From assembly GCA_051313645.2 (NCBI GenBank), contig JBNRSN020000006.1, forward strand, positions 48,794,001 to 48,858,000: a stretch of DNA of 64,000 bases. Reading direction: 5' to 3'. The DNA is from Centroscyllium fabricii (taxonomy: Eukaryota). Below, in pieces: positions 1 through 9,800 of the stretch. Under the pieces are notes generated by a model. It saw only the letters and a list, made by a program, of their open reading frames with translations. It did no database searches and was not told where the DNA came from. A program made the translations under genes and the position numbers. Each line of letters starts with the position of its first letter. The stretch's first letter is position 1.

Positions 1-85
1 ACAGAAAATGCAGGCAAAACTCAGCAGGTCAAGCAGCATCTGTGAAGAGAGAAACAGAGTTAACGTATCAGGTCGATGACCAATC
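1..85 (-). repeat. Penelope-like element terminal fragment (degenerate hammerhead-bearing region)
   Basis: Minus strand reads ggtcatcgacctgatacgttaactctgtttctctcttcacagatgctgc, resembling the common elasmobranch Penelope-derived repeat. The hammerhead core is mutated. Confidence 0.55.
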
Positions 86-91
86 GTTAGA

Positions 92-362
92 ATTCCCTTT
101 TAAGAATTGGACGGTGCCAGTGTGTCTGTGTTCCATTGCTGACTGACATCACATGAGCTTTACCAGCGCTCTGAAGTAACGCCTCGCTCCTGGGCCTTAA
201 CGCCTTAAGAGAGGTGTGTAGCATCTGATTTAGCGCTCCAATCACCTCCGGGGGCGATTAAAGCCAAGTTTGCAGTTGGAGGCGATAATTAGCGCCAGGC
301 GCTATATTTTGCGCACGGCCGATTATGGTGCCCCAAACGGGGCGATTCCGAATTTCTTCCCC
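92..362 (-). mobile_element. Isolated left terminus of a PIF/Harbinger element (same family as 38658-43504)
   Basis: Its reverse complement (ggggaagaaattcggaatcgccccgtttggggc...ctaaatcagatgctacacacctctcttaagg...ttcttaaa) aligns by eye with 38658-38915. Confidence 0.75.
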
Positions 363-374
363 TATAACTCTATG

Positions 375-868
375 ACATGCCTCAGAGGTAGTGCAATGAA
401 GGTTCACTAGATTGATCCCTGGGATGAGAGTGTTGCCCTATGAGGAGAGATTGAGTAGAATGGGCCTAGATTCTTGAGTTTAGAAGAATGAGAGGTGATC
501 TCATTGAAACATATAATATACTGAGGGGGATTGACAGGGTAGATGGTGAGAGATTGTTTCCCCTGGCTGGGGAGTCTAGGACTAGCGGGCATAGTCTCAG
601 GATAAGGGGTCGGCCATTTAAGACTGAGATGAGGAGGAATTTCTTCACTCAGAGGGTTGTGAATCTTTGGAATTCTTCACCCCCGAGGGCTGTGCATGCT
701 GAGCCGTTGCGTATATTCAAGGCTGAGATCGATAGATTTTTGGACTGTCGGGGAATCCAGTGATATGGGGATCGGGCAGGAAAGTGGAGAATGGGTCGAA
801 GATCAGCCACGATCTTATTGAATGGCGGAGCAGGCTCGAGGGGCCTTATGGCCTACTCCTGCTCCTAG
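375..868 (+). mobile_element. 5'-truncated CR1 LINE 3' end (tail resumes ~1270-1295 after a SINE insertion)
   Basis: ORF 488-763 (MRGDLIETY...RGHSLRIRG...FFTQRVVNLWNS) is the CR1 ORF2 C-terminus, followed by the CR1 3' UTR. Confidence 0.9.
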
Positions 869-1269
869 GGCGGCACGGTGGCACAGTGGTTAGCACTGTT
901 GTCTCACAGCACTGGAGACCCGGGTTCAAATCCAGCCTCGGGTACTATCTGTGTGGAGTTTGCACATTCTCCCCGTGTCTGCGTGGGTTTCCTCCGGGTG
1001 CTCCGGTTTCCTCCCACAGTCCAAAGATGTGCGGGTTAGGTTGATTGGCCATGATAAATTGACCCTTAGTGTTAGGGGGTTTGAATATGTGGGGTTACGG
1101 GGATAGGGTGGGATATGTGTCGATCGAGGCTCGATAGGGATCGAGGGATATGGGGAGAGGGCAGGGGTGGTGTGCTGGGTTTGGATGATCAGCCATGATC
1201 TCATTGAATGGCGGAGCAGGCTCGAAGGGCCGAATGGCCTACTCCTGCTCCTAGTTTCTATGTCTATGA
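869..1269 (+). mobile_element. HE1-type V-SINE (tRNA-derived head, V core, CR1-derived tail)
   Basis: A box tggcacagtgg, B box ggttcaaatcc, V-domain gtgtggagtttgcacattctccccgtgtctgcgtgggtttcctccgggtgctccggtttcctcccacagtccaaaga, CR1-like tail ending ttctatgtctatg. Confidence 0.9.
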
Positions 1270-1420
1270 TCTAATTCTTATGTTCTTATGTTCTAATCCT
1301 CAAGTATCTGTCCAACTCCCTTTTAAAATGATTTATTTCACCCCTCCTCCTTTGAAGACCTTTACTCTCGCTCTGCTCCAGTTCCCCAGGGGCCTGCTAC
1401 CTTCCAGCATCTCACTCAAT

Positions 1421-4400
1421 GGGCAGAATTTTCATGGAGCCGTGAGGCGGGTTTTTGGGTGGGACTGCAACGAAAATAGCAAAAGCGGGGTCCGCAGCCC
1501 GTCCCACCCGTTTCCCGCCCACTTGTCAGTTTCACCTGGCGGGACCGACTGTCCCGCCTCAGTTCTGCCCGGCATAGGCGGGGGTGCTCGTTAGGGCCCT
1601 TAATCAGCAATTATTGGCATGTATAATCCTATTTTAAGGGCCCATTGCTATTTTGAGGCCTTTCTGGCGTGAAACACGCCTGGGGGGGAACACCGCCGGT
1701 GAAACCTGGTGGTTACACTGTTGAGCTGCTGACTAACAGCAGCAGGACACTCATAAATGAAGATTTGTAAGCTGCCACCATTTGCAGGTGGCAGTACTTA
1801 GCTGTTGCAGGCCTGGGGCACCTTGCTGCAGAATTAACCAGACCTGCACAAGGCTGCAGCCACACACAGTTCTCCAATGTGACCTCCCGGGAAAGCCCTC
1901 TCGCCACCCCCACTCAGCGCATCCTCAGCGGAGGCATCCACCAGAAGCATGGGAGGCCTTTTTTTACCTTCCCTTCTTGGCGTTAGAGGATCGCCAGCAG
2001 CCTCGCAACTGCAAGCAGATCTAAGCCCTCACAGTGAAAGCACCATTCGCGCAATGACACACGCCAGAACTGCAGCTGTTGCCATCACCATTTTTATGCA
2101 CAGTAACCAACTGATGGCCTGGACAATATACACAACATTTCACCCTTGTGACATCCCTTGTGACTATTGGTGCTTTATTTTTCTCTTACGCGTGCTCCTA
2201 CGTAGTGGTTCCCCTGTGGCTTCAGCAGATGTGGAGGCCCCTTGCTCACTTTCCTGCTGCTCCGGTTTTGACACCTTTGGCGGGCATCCTCTGGGGTGGT
2301 GAGCCTGTGAGGGCTCGCCAGCAGTCTGCTGCTCCTGAGGCTATGCAGGAGTGCAGACCTCTATCTCACCTGGGTGCGGACTCCGGCGGGGCTCTGACTG
2401 AGGGCTCTGCAAGGGCATGGTCATGTGAGCGCTTGGAGAGGAGTTCCCACTTCCTTGAGGTGTGCCACCACCCTCCCTCTCATGGGTCAGCTCCCCCTCT
2501 GCGCCTGCAAGTGGCTGGAGAGCACCTTGCTGCACATCAGGGGGGCCACGGGGACCCGAATCTACACTGGAAGTCCTACTCAGGAAGACTTCCATGAAGG
2601 TCTGATTTCTCTGTTCAATAGATGCCCATCGCTCCTCAAGAGATGTCATTCTATTTTGAACACTGACCATGTTTTCCATGCCCTGGCGACTAACCTCCTT
2701 CATGGCCGCAGCCCTCCTCTCCTCTACAGCAGCTCTCCTCTCCTCTACAGCAGTCCTCCTCTCCTCTGTGGCAGCCATCCTCTCCTCTATGGCAGCCAGC
2801 CTTATCATGGAAGCAGCAATCATTTCCACGTAGGTTGCCATTCTTTCCGTGTTGATGCATTCATGCGCCACTGACTCCACAAAGGCTCTGCTCATGTTCG
2901 CTACGGACTCTTCCATTCGCTCCACACTCGCAGCGACCCTGGAGACAAATCCTGCCAGAGACTCCTGCACCTGGTCATGGAATCCCATCACCTCTACTCT
3001 AGCAGATGGGCCCAGAGGCTGAGGGTTGACATGCAGCTGAGCTGAGCTGGCAGAGTCCTGCACCCTCCGACTAGGACTTTCCACTGCTGTCCCTGCCTCC
3101 ACAATCTGCTGATGCTCACTGTGAGCTGTGATACACCCGGTGACAGCACTACTCTATGTCACGAAGGTCCCACCGAGGTGCGAGTGTCTGCGCTGGTGCT
3201 GGGTGTGCTGAATACAGCTGACGCTGCGCCCTCATAGGTAGGAGGTTCCTCTGAGGAGTTGCTCTCCTCAGCCTCTTCCTCTTCCACCATGGGAGCGGGG
3301 GTGCTCGATGGTCCTGTGGAGGAGTAAAGGAAAGAGTTAGAGATGTGATGGCAATGTCACATGCACCTTGCATTTTGCAGATGAGCATAAGTTCATATGA
3401 TGTAGCCTCAGAATCATTGTCAGCGACTCATGAAATATCAATGCGAAAGATGGAAAACTATTCTGTCACCAGTTTGCGAGGATGCACCTGTCCCTCCGGG
3501 CCCAATTTCTGCAGCAGCATCATCCCCAGTAATCTGCATGGCTGCCTCCTCCCAGGGGCTGAGTTCAGCTACCGACAGGGCCCTCCTCCAGTCCTGGCTT
3601 GCTCTCTTTTAGTGTGAGCTCTCTTCTCCTGCAATGAGGGAGACAAGTGGAGGTTGAGTGAGAATGAAGGAGTGAGTGTAGAGATTGCATAGCATAGATA
3701 CTTAGAGGGAGAGAAAGATGGAGTGAGGTGGCAAGACCAAGGGCCCTCCCTGTGTGCTGTCAGTTGTTTTCATAGCTTCAGAGTGAGAGGGAATGTGCGG
3801 GCTGCATGGTCGAATAGTTCTGTGAATGTGAGCATAGAGAGAGAGGAAATGGGTAAGGGTGCATGGATGTCAGTGTCAAGTGCGATGTGGAGGAAGAGAT
3901 TGCTAAAGCTGAGTGCTGCTGAGCAACGGCAAAGGGGTTCAGAGTGAGGGTGATGGAAACCTCAAACTTACTTTTGCCGTTCGATGAAGGTCGTTGAAGC
4001 GCTTGCGGCACTGGAGCCAGGTCCGAGTATTCATGGCCATGGCACTGACATTTTCGGCGATCTCGAGCCAGGCCTCCCTCATCACACTTACAGGCCTCCT
4101 CCTCCCCGATGCTGGGAACAGAACATCTCGGTGGGCCCTAACCCCGTCGACGAGTGCCTGTAGTGATACATCATCGAACCTCCGAGAGGGTCTGGGCCTC
4201 CCTCTCGATGCAGGCTCCTGGGTCATCATTCTGCTAGATTCTGGCAAGCTGCAGTCAGGAAGGCTTTGTGGCTGCTTTAAAAGCACAGGCAATGATCAAA
4301 GCAAGCTGTGGCAGTTCTGACTCAAAAAGCTCAATTACCAGCGGCCCCGACACGCTGGACAATGATAAGCCAATTTAACGAAAATTGCGCGGGGCTCCAG

Positions 4401-4478
4401 CACCCTTAACAAAGCGGGAAGAAAACGTGTTCAGTGGGAACTCCACCAATTCCCCGCACCTTGAGGAAAATCTTGCCC
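1421..4478 (-). mobile_element. PIF/Harbinger deletion derivative carrying only the Myb/SANT gene
   Basis: TIRs GGGCAGAATTTTC / GGGCAAGATTTTC, TSD AAT at 1418-1420 and 4479-4481. No DDE transposase is recognisable inside. Confidence 0.85.
2341..4229 (-). pseudogene. Harbinger Myb/SANT-like (MSANTD-type) DNA-binding protein gene, 3 exons (4229-3972, 3628-3470, 3313-2341), disrupted
   Basis: Exon 1 RFDDVSLQALVDGV...AWLEIA...RTWLQCRKRFNDL. Exon 2 ...RTGGGP..LSPWEE. Exon 3 is acidic then coiled-coil (ORF 2341-3102). GT-AG introns in phase 0 and 1. Frameshift in exon 2, TGA and a frameshift in exon 3. Confidence 0.8.
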
Positions 4479-4481
4479 AAT

Positions 4482-4900
4482 GTGTCAGCCAGTGGCTCAT
4501 TCTCACTCCAGAGACTTGAACATGAACATCTAGGCTGACTCTCTGGTGCAGTACTGAGGGAATGCTGCACTGTTGGAGGTGCCATCTTTCAGATGAGAAA
4601 TTAAACCGAGGCCCCGTCTGGCCTCTCAGGTGTACATAAAAGATCCCAAGGCAATATTTCGAAGAAGAGCAGGGGAGTTATACCTGGTGTCCTGGCCAAT
4701 ATTTATCCCTCAATCAACATCACTAAAACTGATTATCTTGTCATTATCACATTGCTGTTTGTGGGAGCTTGCTGTGTGCAAATTGGCTGCTTTGTTTCCT
4801 ACATTACAACAGTGACCACACTTCAAAAAGTACTTAATTGGCTGTAAAGTGCTCTGGGATGTCCGGTGGTTGTGAAAGGCGCTATATAAATGCAAGTGTT
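4482..4900 (+). mobile_element. DeuSINE (SacSINE1-like)
   Basis: Deu-domain-type sequence (ctgcactgttggaggtgccatctttcagatgag...aaagatcccaaggc...attgctgtttgtgggagcttgctgtgtgcaaattggctgc) and L2-type tail aggcgctatataaatgcaagt. Confidence 0.8.
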
Positions 4901-5204
4901 TCTTTCAAACAATAAACTGCGTAGATCAGTTGAGTGTGCTGGACCCAAGGCCAGAAAGTCTAAGTTTTGAATCCCAGCAGTGCACACTCAGCCATTCATC
5001 CTTCTGAGAGGGATAAAATGAGAAACAGAAAATAAACACCGGCATGGACCTGTTGGGCTGAATGGCCTGTTTCTGTGCTGTAAAAATGTTGTAATTTGTA
5101 AAATCAAGGAACTGGAGGCACTAATTAAAATGGAGAGATATGATGCTTCTTTGACAGCACCTCATCTGCATGTGGTTCCTGATTTGAATGAAAGTGTCAG
5201 CTCT

Positions 5205-5367
5205 TCATAGAATGATAAATCACAGAAGGAGGCCACTTGGCCCATCATGCCTGTTCCAGCTCTTTGGTGGAGCTTTTCAATTAATCCTACTCCCCCGCTG
5301 TTTCCCCATAGCCGTGTCATTTTTTTCCCTTCAAGTATTTATCCAATTCTCTTTTTGAAAGTTACTA
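5205..5367 (-). mobile_element. Old CR1 3' fragment; continues at 16173-16764 and 18054-18205, split by later insertions
   Basis: ctttttgaaagttacta joins ttgaatctgcttccaccatcctttcaggcag across the insertion. RT-like sequence (GVPQGSVLG) on the minus strand near 16610-16630. Confidence 0.7.
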
Positions 5368-5607
5368 CAGGTACACAATCCCTTCCGCACATCCAAAAAC
5401 TGAAAAGCTCCGAGAACCGAAATTTCAAATGACCCGAGTTGCGTGCGAAAAATGACCCGACGCACTTTGTTGAATGTTTCCCTTACAAATAAACTTTATT
5501 AGAGAATTTATAAACTGCTTATTGTTGTTCTTTATCGCACTTTTGTGAATGGCGACTGACTGATTATTCAAAATGGCCACCAGAAGTTTAAACTCAGCGG
5601 CTGTAGC

Positions 5608-5915
5608 CAATCACAACCCCCGGGCTCACACACCACCTGATCCTAGACAGGCAAACTCCAGCAATCACAGCCCAGCTCACACACCAGCTGATCCTAGACA
5701 GGCAAGCTCCACCAATCACAGTCCAGCTCACACACCACCTGATCCTAGACAGGCAAGCTCCACCAATCACAGCCCAGCTCACACATCACCTGACCATAGA
5801 CAGGAAAGCTCCAGCAATCACAGCCCAGCTCACACACCAGCTGATCCTAGACAGGCAAGCTTCACCAATCACAGCCCAGCTCACACACCACCTGATCCTA
5901 GACAGGCAAGCTCCC
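5608..5915 (+). repeat. 51-bp tandem repeat, ~6 copies, inside the MITE
   Basis: Unit caatcacagcccagctcacacaccacctgatcctagacaggcaagctccac starts at 5608, 5662, 5713, 5764, 5815, 5866. Confidence 0.95.
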
Positions 5916-6015
5916 CCAAGCATCAATCGCGGCGGCCATTTCAACCTTTATTTACAAGATTCGCTGCAGAAAAACTTAAGTTAATTGCTCCCATTCCGAA
6001 AACCGAAATTATCCG

Positions 6016-6367
6016 CAAGCGCGACGTGGAGCGGACCTAGGGGGGGTCCCATAGTCGGCGGCGGTGGCAGCAGCAGCGAGGAGGCGGCTACAAAAGTCGC
6101 CGAGGAGCGAGGCCCAGAGCACAGCGGCAAGCGCGACGTGGAGCGGACCTAGGGGGGGTCCCATAGTCGGCGGCGGCGGCAGCAGCAGCGAGGAGGCGGC
6201 TACAAAAGTCGCTGAGGAGCGAGGCCCAGAGCACAGCGGCAAGCGCGACGTGGAGCGGACATAGGGGGCGTCCCATAGTCGGCGGCAGCGGCAGCAGCGA
6301 GGAAGCGGCTACAAAAGTCGCTGAGGAGCGAGGCCCAGAGCACAGCGGCAAGCGCGACGTGGAGCGG
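6016..6367 (+). repeat. ~112-bp GC/CpG-rich tandem monomers, ~3.2 copies, at the CR1 5' end
   Basis: caagcgcgacgtggagcgg recurs at 6016, 6128, 6240, 6349. Confidence 0.9.
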
Positions 6368-6843
6368 GCTTTTTTCAAAGTCAGGGGGTGGGGCAAATCA
6401 ATTGGAACCCGTATATAGGTGGAGCAGTTGCTATACCCGAGACACTACACTAGTAGTGTCTCCCACCCTTCCACCTCCTCTAACCTTTAGGGGTAGAGGG
6501 AATTTAAAAGGTAGGTGATTTATTGTTTATTTTCAGAGACTGAACTTAAGTGGAAGGGGCTCCTGGACAGAGGTAGCAGTCGGTGGCAGCAGCAGGACCA
6601 GGGCAGGAGTTTTTCGCGGATCTTTCTTTTCAGGAGCAGGCAGCGGGACGGTACTAGGAGGAGACAACAGGAGGCGGCGGCTATAAAGGCAAGCAGGGTA
6701 AGTGATTTATTTATTTTTATTTTTATTTCTTTTTCTGAGGTCTCTGTGGTATAACGGGGACTTCTGATAGACTAGCACCCTAGTATATATCTTGTTTTTT
6801 GGTGGTGTTACATTTTTTGTTAAAGTAATTAGAGGGGTACGTC

Positions 6844-9800
6844 ATGTCAGTGGATCTCGGTGCCGTGCTTTGCTCCTCCTGCCACATGTGGGAAGTCAGG
6901 GACACCACTGGAGTCCCTGACGACCATGTGTGCGGGAAATGCGTCCACCTTCACTTACTGACTGACCGCATTGTAGCACTGGAACTGAGGGTGGATGGGT
7001 TATGGAGCATTCGCGATGCTGAGAGGTGCGTGGATTACTCATACAGTGAGCTGGTCACACTGCAGGCTAAGGGTGTGCAGGCAGAAGGTGTTATATCTAA
7101 TAATGATCACACACAGAGCCTTCATGAACGTCGACTAGTTTATTCAATGGCAGCCATTACACAGCCCTACATGCTGTGGTTACCCAGCATCCTTTGGTGA
7201 TGGAACATTCCAAGTATCACAGCCCTTAAGGGGAGTGCAGACTCTACCAATATATAACATCTCCTCCCCCCTTACAATCAACGTCCATATTTAACAATAA
7301 CATTACAATTAACAAAAGTAACATACCAACTAGCAAAACATTATTATACATATATACATTATTTCCAGCACCTGGGGTGAGGGTACCCGACTTCCTCAAA
7401 CCCCGGCAATTCCCATGGGGATTATTCTGCCCCAGTTGTTTTGGGTATGCCTCTATTAGTAACTCAGTCGTTCAGGGGGCCGCCGCTGTCTAGCAGGATA
7501 TCGGCGGTCATTCGGAACATTGTCTTCGCTTGTTGGCGATGGTGAATCGGAGCAAACTGGAGAGGCGACAGGAGGAAGAACATCTTCCTCGACGGGCAGG
7601 TCCGGAACCACAGGGTCAGGCTGAAGCAACACTGGGGGCACGCTCTGCGAGGACTGGTCAACAGGTGGAACCTCACATTGGATCTCCGGGCGACTCTCGT
7701 CAGGTAGTCCTGAGGGCTGAACCGTGTGTAGCAGTTGGTCCACATGCCGTCTCCAGACAGTACCAGTAGTCGTCTGGACTGTATATGAAACTGGTCCCGT
7801 CTGAGCAACAATAGTGGCCGGAATCCAGTTGGGCCCACTGATGTAACTTCGTACCAACACTGATGCTCCTGGCGTGAAAGCTCTGAACTTCGCATGCTGG
7901 TCTCTTCTAATAATTTGGGACTCCTGCTGCTGTTGCACAGTGTCCTTCACTGATGGTGGCTTCAGGAGGTCAAAATGAGACCGCAGCTCCCTTTTGAGTA
8001 ATAGGCGAGCTGGTGATACTTTGGTCATAGCATGGGCCGTATTACGGTAGGTCAGTAAGAACCTATGCAATCTTTGATGCAAAGTTCCTTGGCCTTGGGA
8101 TGCTCTCAGGGCGTGCTTCATCGTTTGCACAAACCTTTCAGCGAGGCCATTGGTTGCAGGATGATATGGGGCGGACCTGATATGCTGCACTCCATTTACT
8201 TGCAAGAAGGCAGCCATCTCCTGCGATACAAACTGTGGGCCATTGTCAGATACAAGCTGGACGGGAGCTCCAAACTGACTGAACATTTCCCCCAACTTCT
8301 CAATGGTCCTTTCTGACATGGTGGAACGCATGATTGCCACTTCAGGCCATTTGCTGTGTGCATCAACAGCCACAAGAAACATCTTTTCTTCAAACGGTCC
8401 TGCAAAATCAACATGGACCCTGTGCCATGGTTCTTCAGAGAAACTCCATGGGTGTAGAGGAGCCAACTGTGGACGATTTCTGACCTTCTGGCATGAAGAG
8501 CATGTCTTCGCAATGCTCTCGATCTGTCCATCCATGCCTGGCCACCAGAAATAGCTTCTTGCTATTTCCTTCATTCGGACAATTCCGCTGTGCCCCAAGT
8601 GGAGTTGTTGCAACACTGGTTTGCGTAATGATGGTGGAATGACCACCCTCCTTCCCCATAGCAAACATCCCGACTGTACTGACAATTCCATTTTCTTTGA
8701 CAGGTAGGGCTGTAAGTTGCTGTCCCCGTTACCAATGGTGCCCTTTACAATGATCTCCACAACAGCCGATAAGATGGGATCGGTGCGCGTAGCACCTCGT
8801 ACTTGAGAAGCTGAGACAGGAGCATTGTCCACCTGGCTAAAATAAAAGACTTCTGCCTTATGGAATTCGGGTTTAGTGACAGGAAGTGGCAACCTAGATA
8901 AACCATCGGCGTTGCAGTGTGACTCTGCCTTACGATATTTTATCTCATAAGAATGAGCAGACAATAATAAAGCCCAACGTTGCAGACGACTTGCAGCAAG
9001 AGACGGTATCCCAGTGTGTGGACCCAGGATGGTTGTGAGAGGCCGATGGTCTGTAAGAAGTGTGAACCTCCGTCCATATAAATACTGGTGGAATTTCCGA
9101 ACTCCAAAAACGATACTTAAAGCTTCTCGCTCCAGTTGAGCATAGTTGGCCTCTGCTTTATTCAGTGTCCTTGACGCAAAAGCGATGGGTCTTTCCTCCC
9201 CATTTGACAGGACATGCGAAGAACTGCACCTACCCCATATGGAGATGCATCACAGGCCAGTTGAAGAGGAAGTGAAGGGTCAAAATGAGTCAAGACATCT
9301 GAACGAACTAGCAGCTCTTTAGCCTTTTTAAAAGCTTCTTGACATGCAGTACTCCATTTCCATGTTCTGTCTTGGCACAGCAATTCATGAAGTGGCTTCA
9401 ACAACGATGCTAGATTTGGCATAAACCGACCATAATAATTAAGTAGACCTAGAAAAGAACGCAGTTAACTGACGTTCTGTGGTGGTGGCGCATCCACAAT
9501 GGCTGCGGTTTTAGATGGGGCAGTATGCAACCCCTCAGCATCAATGACATGCCCCAAGTACTCTACCGATGCTTTGAAAAATTCACACTTGTCTTTACGA
9601 ACTCTGAGTCCATACTGTTTAAGACGATTTAGCATCGCATCCAAATTCTGAAGGTGTTGCTCATCAGTGACTCCAGTACAAAGAATATCATCCAGGTAAC
9701 ACTGTACTCCGGACAGTCCGCTAAGAATTTGATCCATGGCACGCTGGAACAGCGCTCGAGCTGAGGTAATACCGAAAGGCAACCGACAATAACGAAAAAG

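Noticed and set aside
1-95. Penelope-associated hammerhead ribozyme
   Set aside because: Core motifs are mutated: CTGANGA reads ctaacga and GAAA reads gata.
869-945. tRNA gene (also ~35680-35755 and ~40655-40728)
   Set aside because: tRNA-derived SINE heads continuous with the V-domain and CR1 tail.
5573-6396. Repetitive ORFs and a possible CRISPR-like array
   Set aside because: Head-to-tail 51-bp and 112-bp tandem repeats without unique spacers, in a eukaryotic transposon context with no cas genes.
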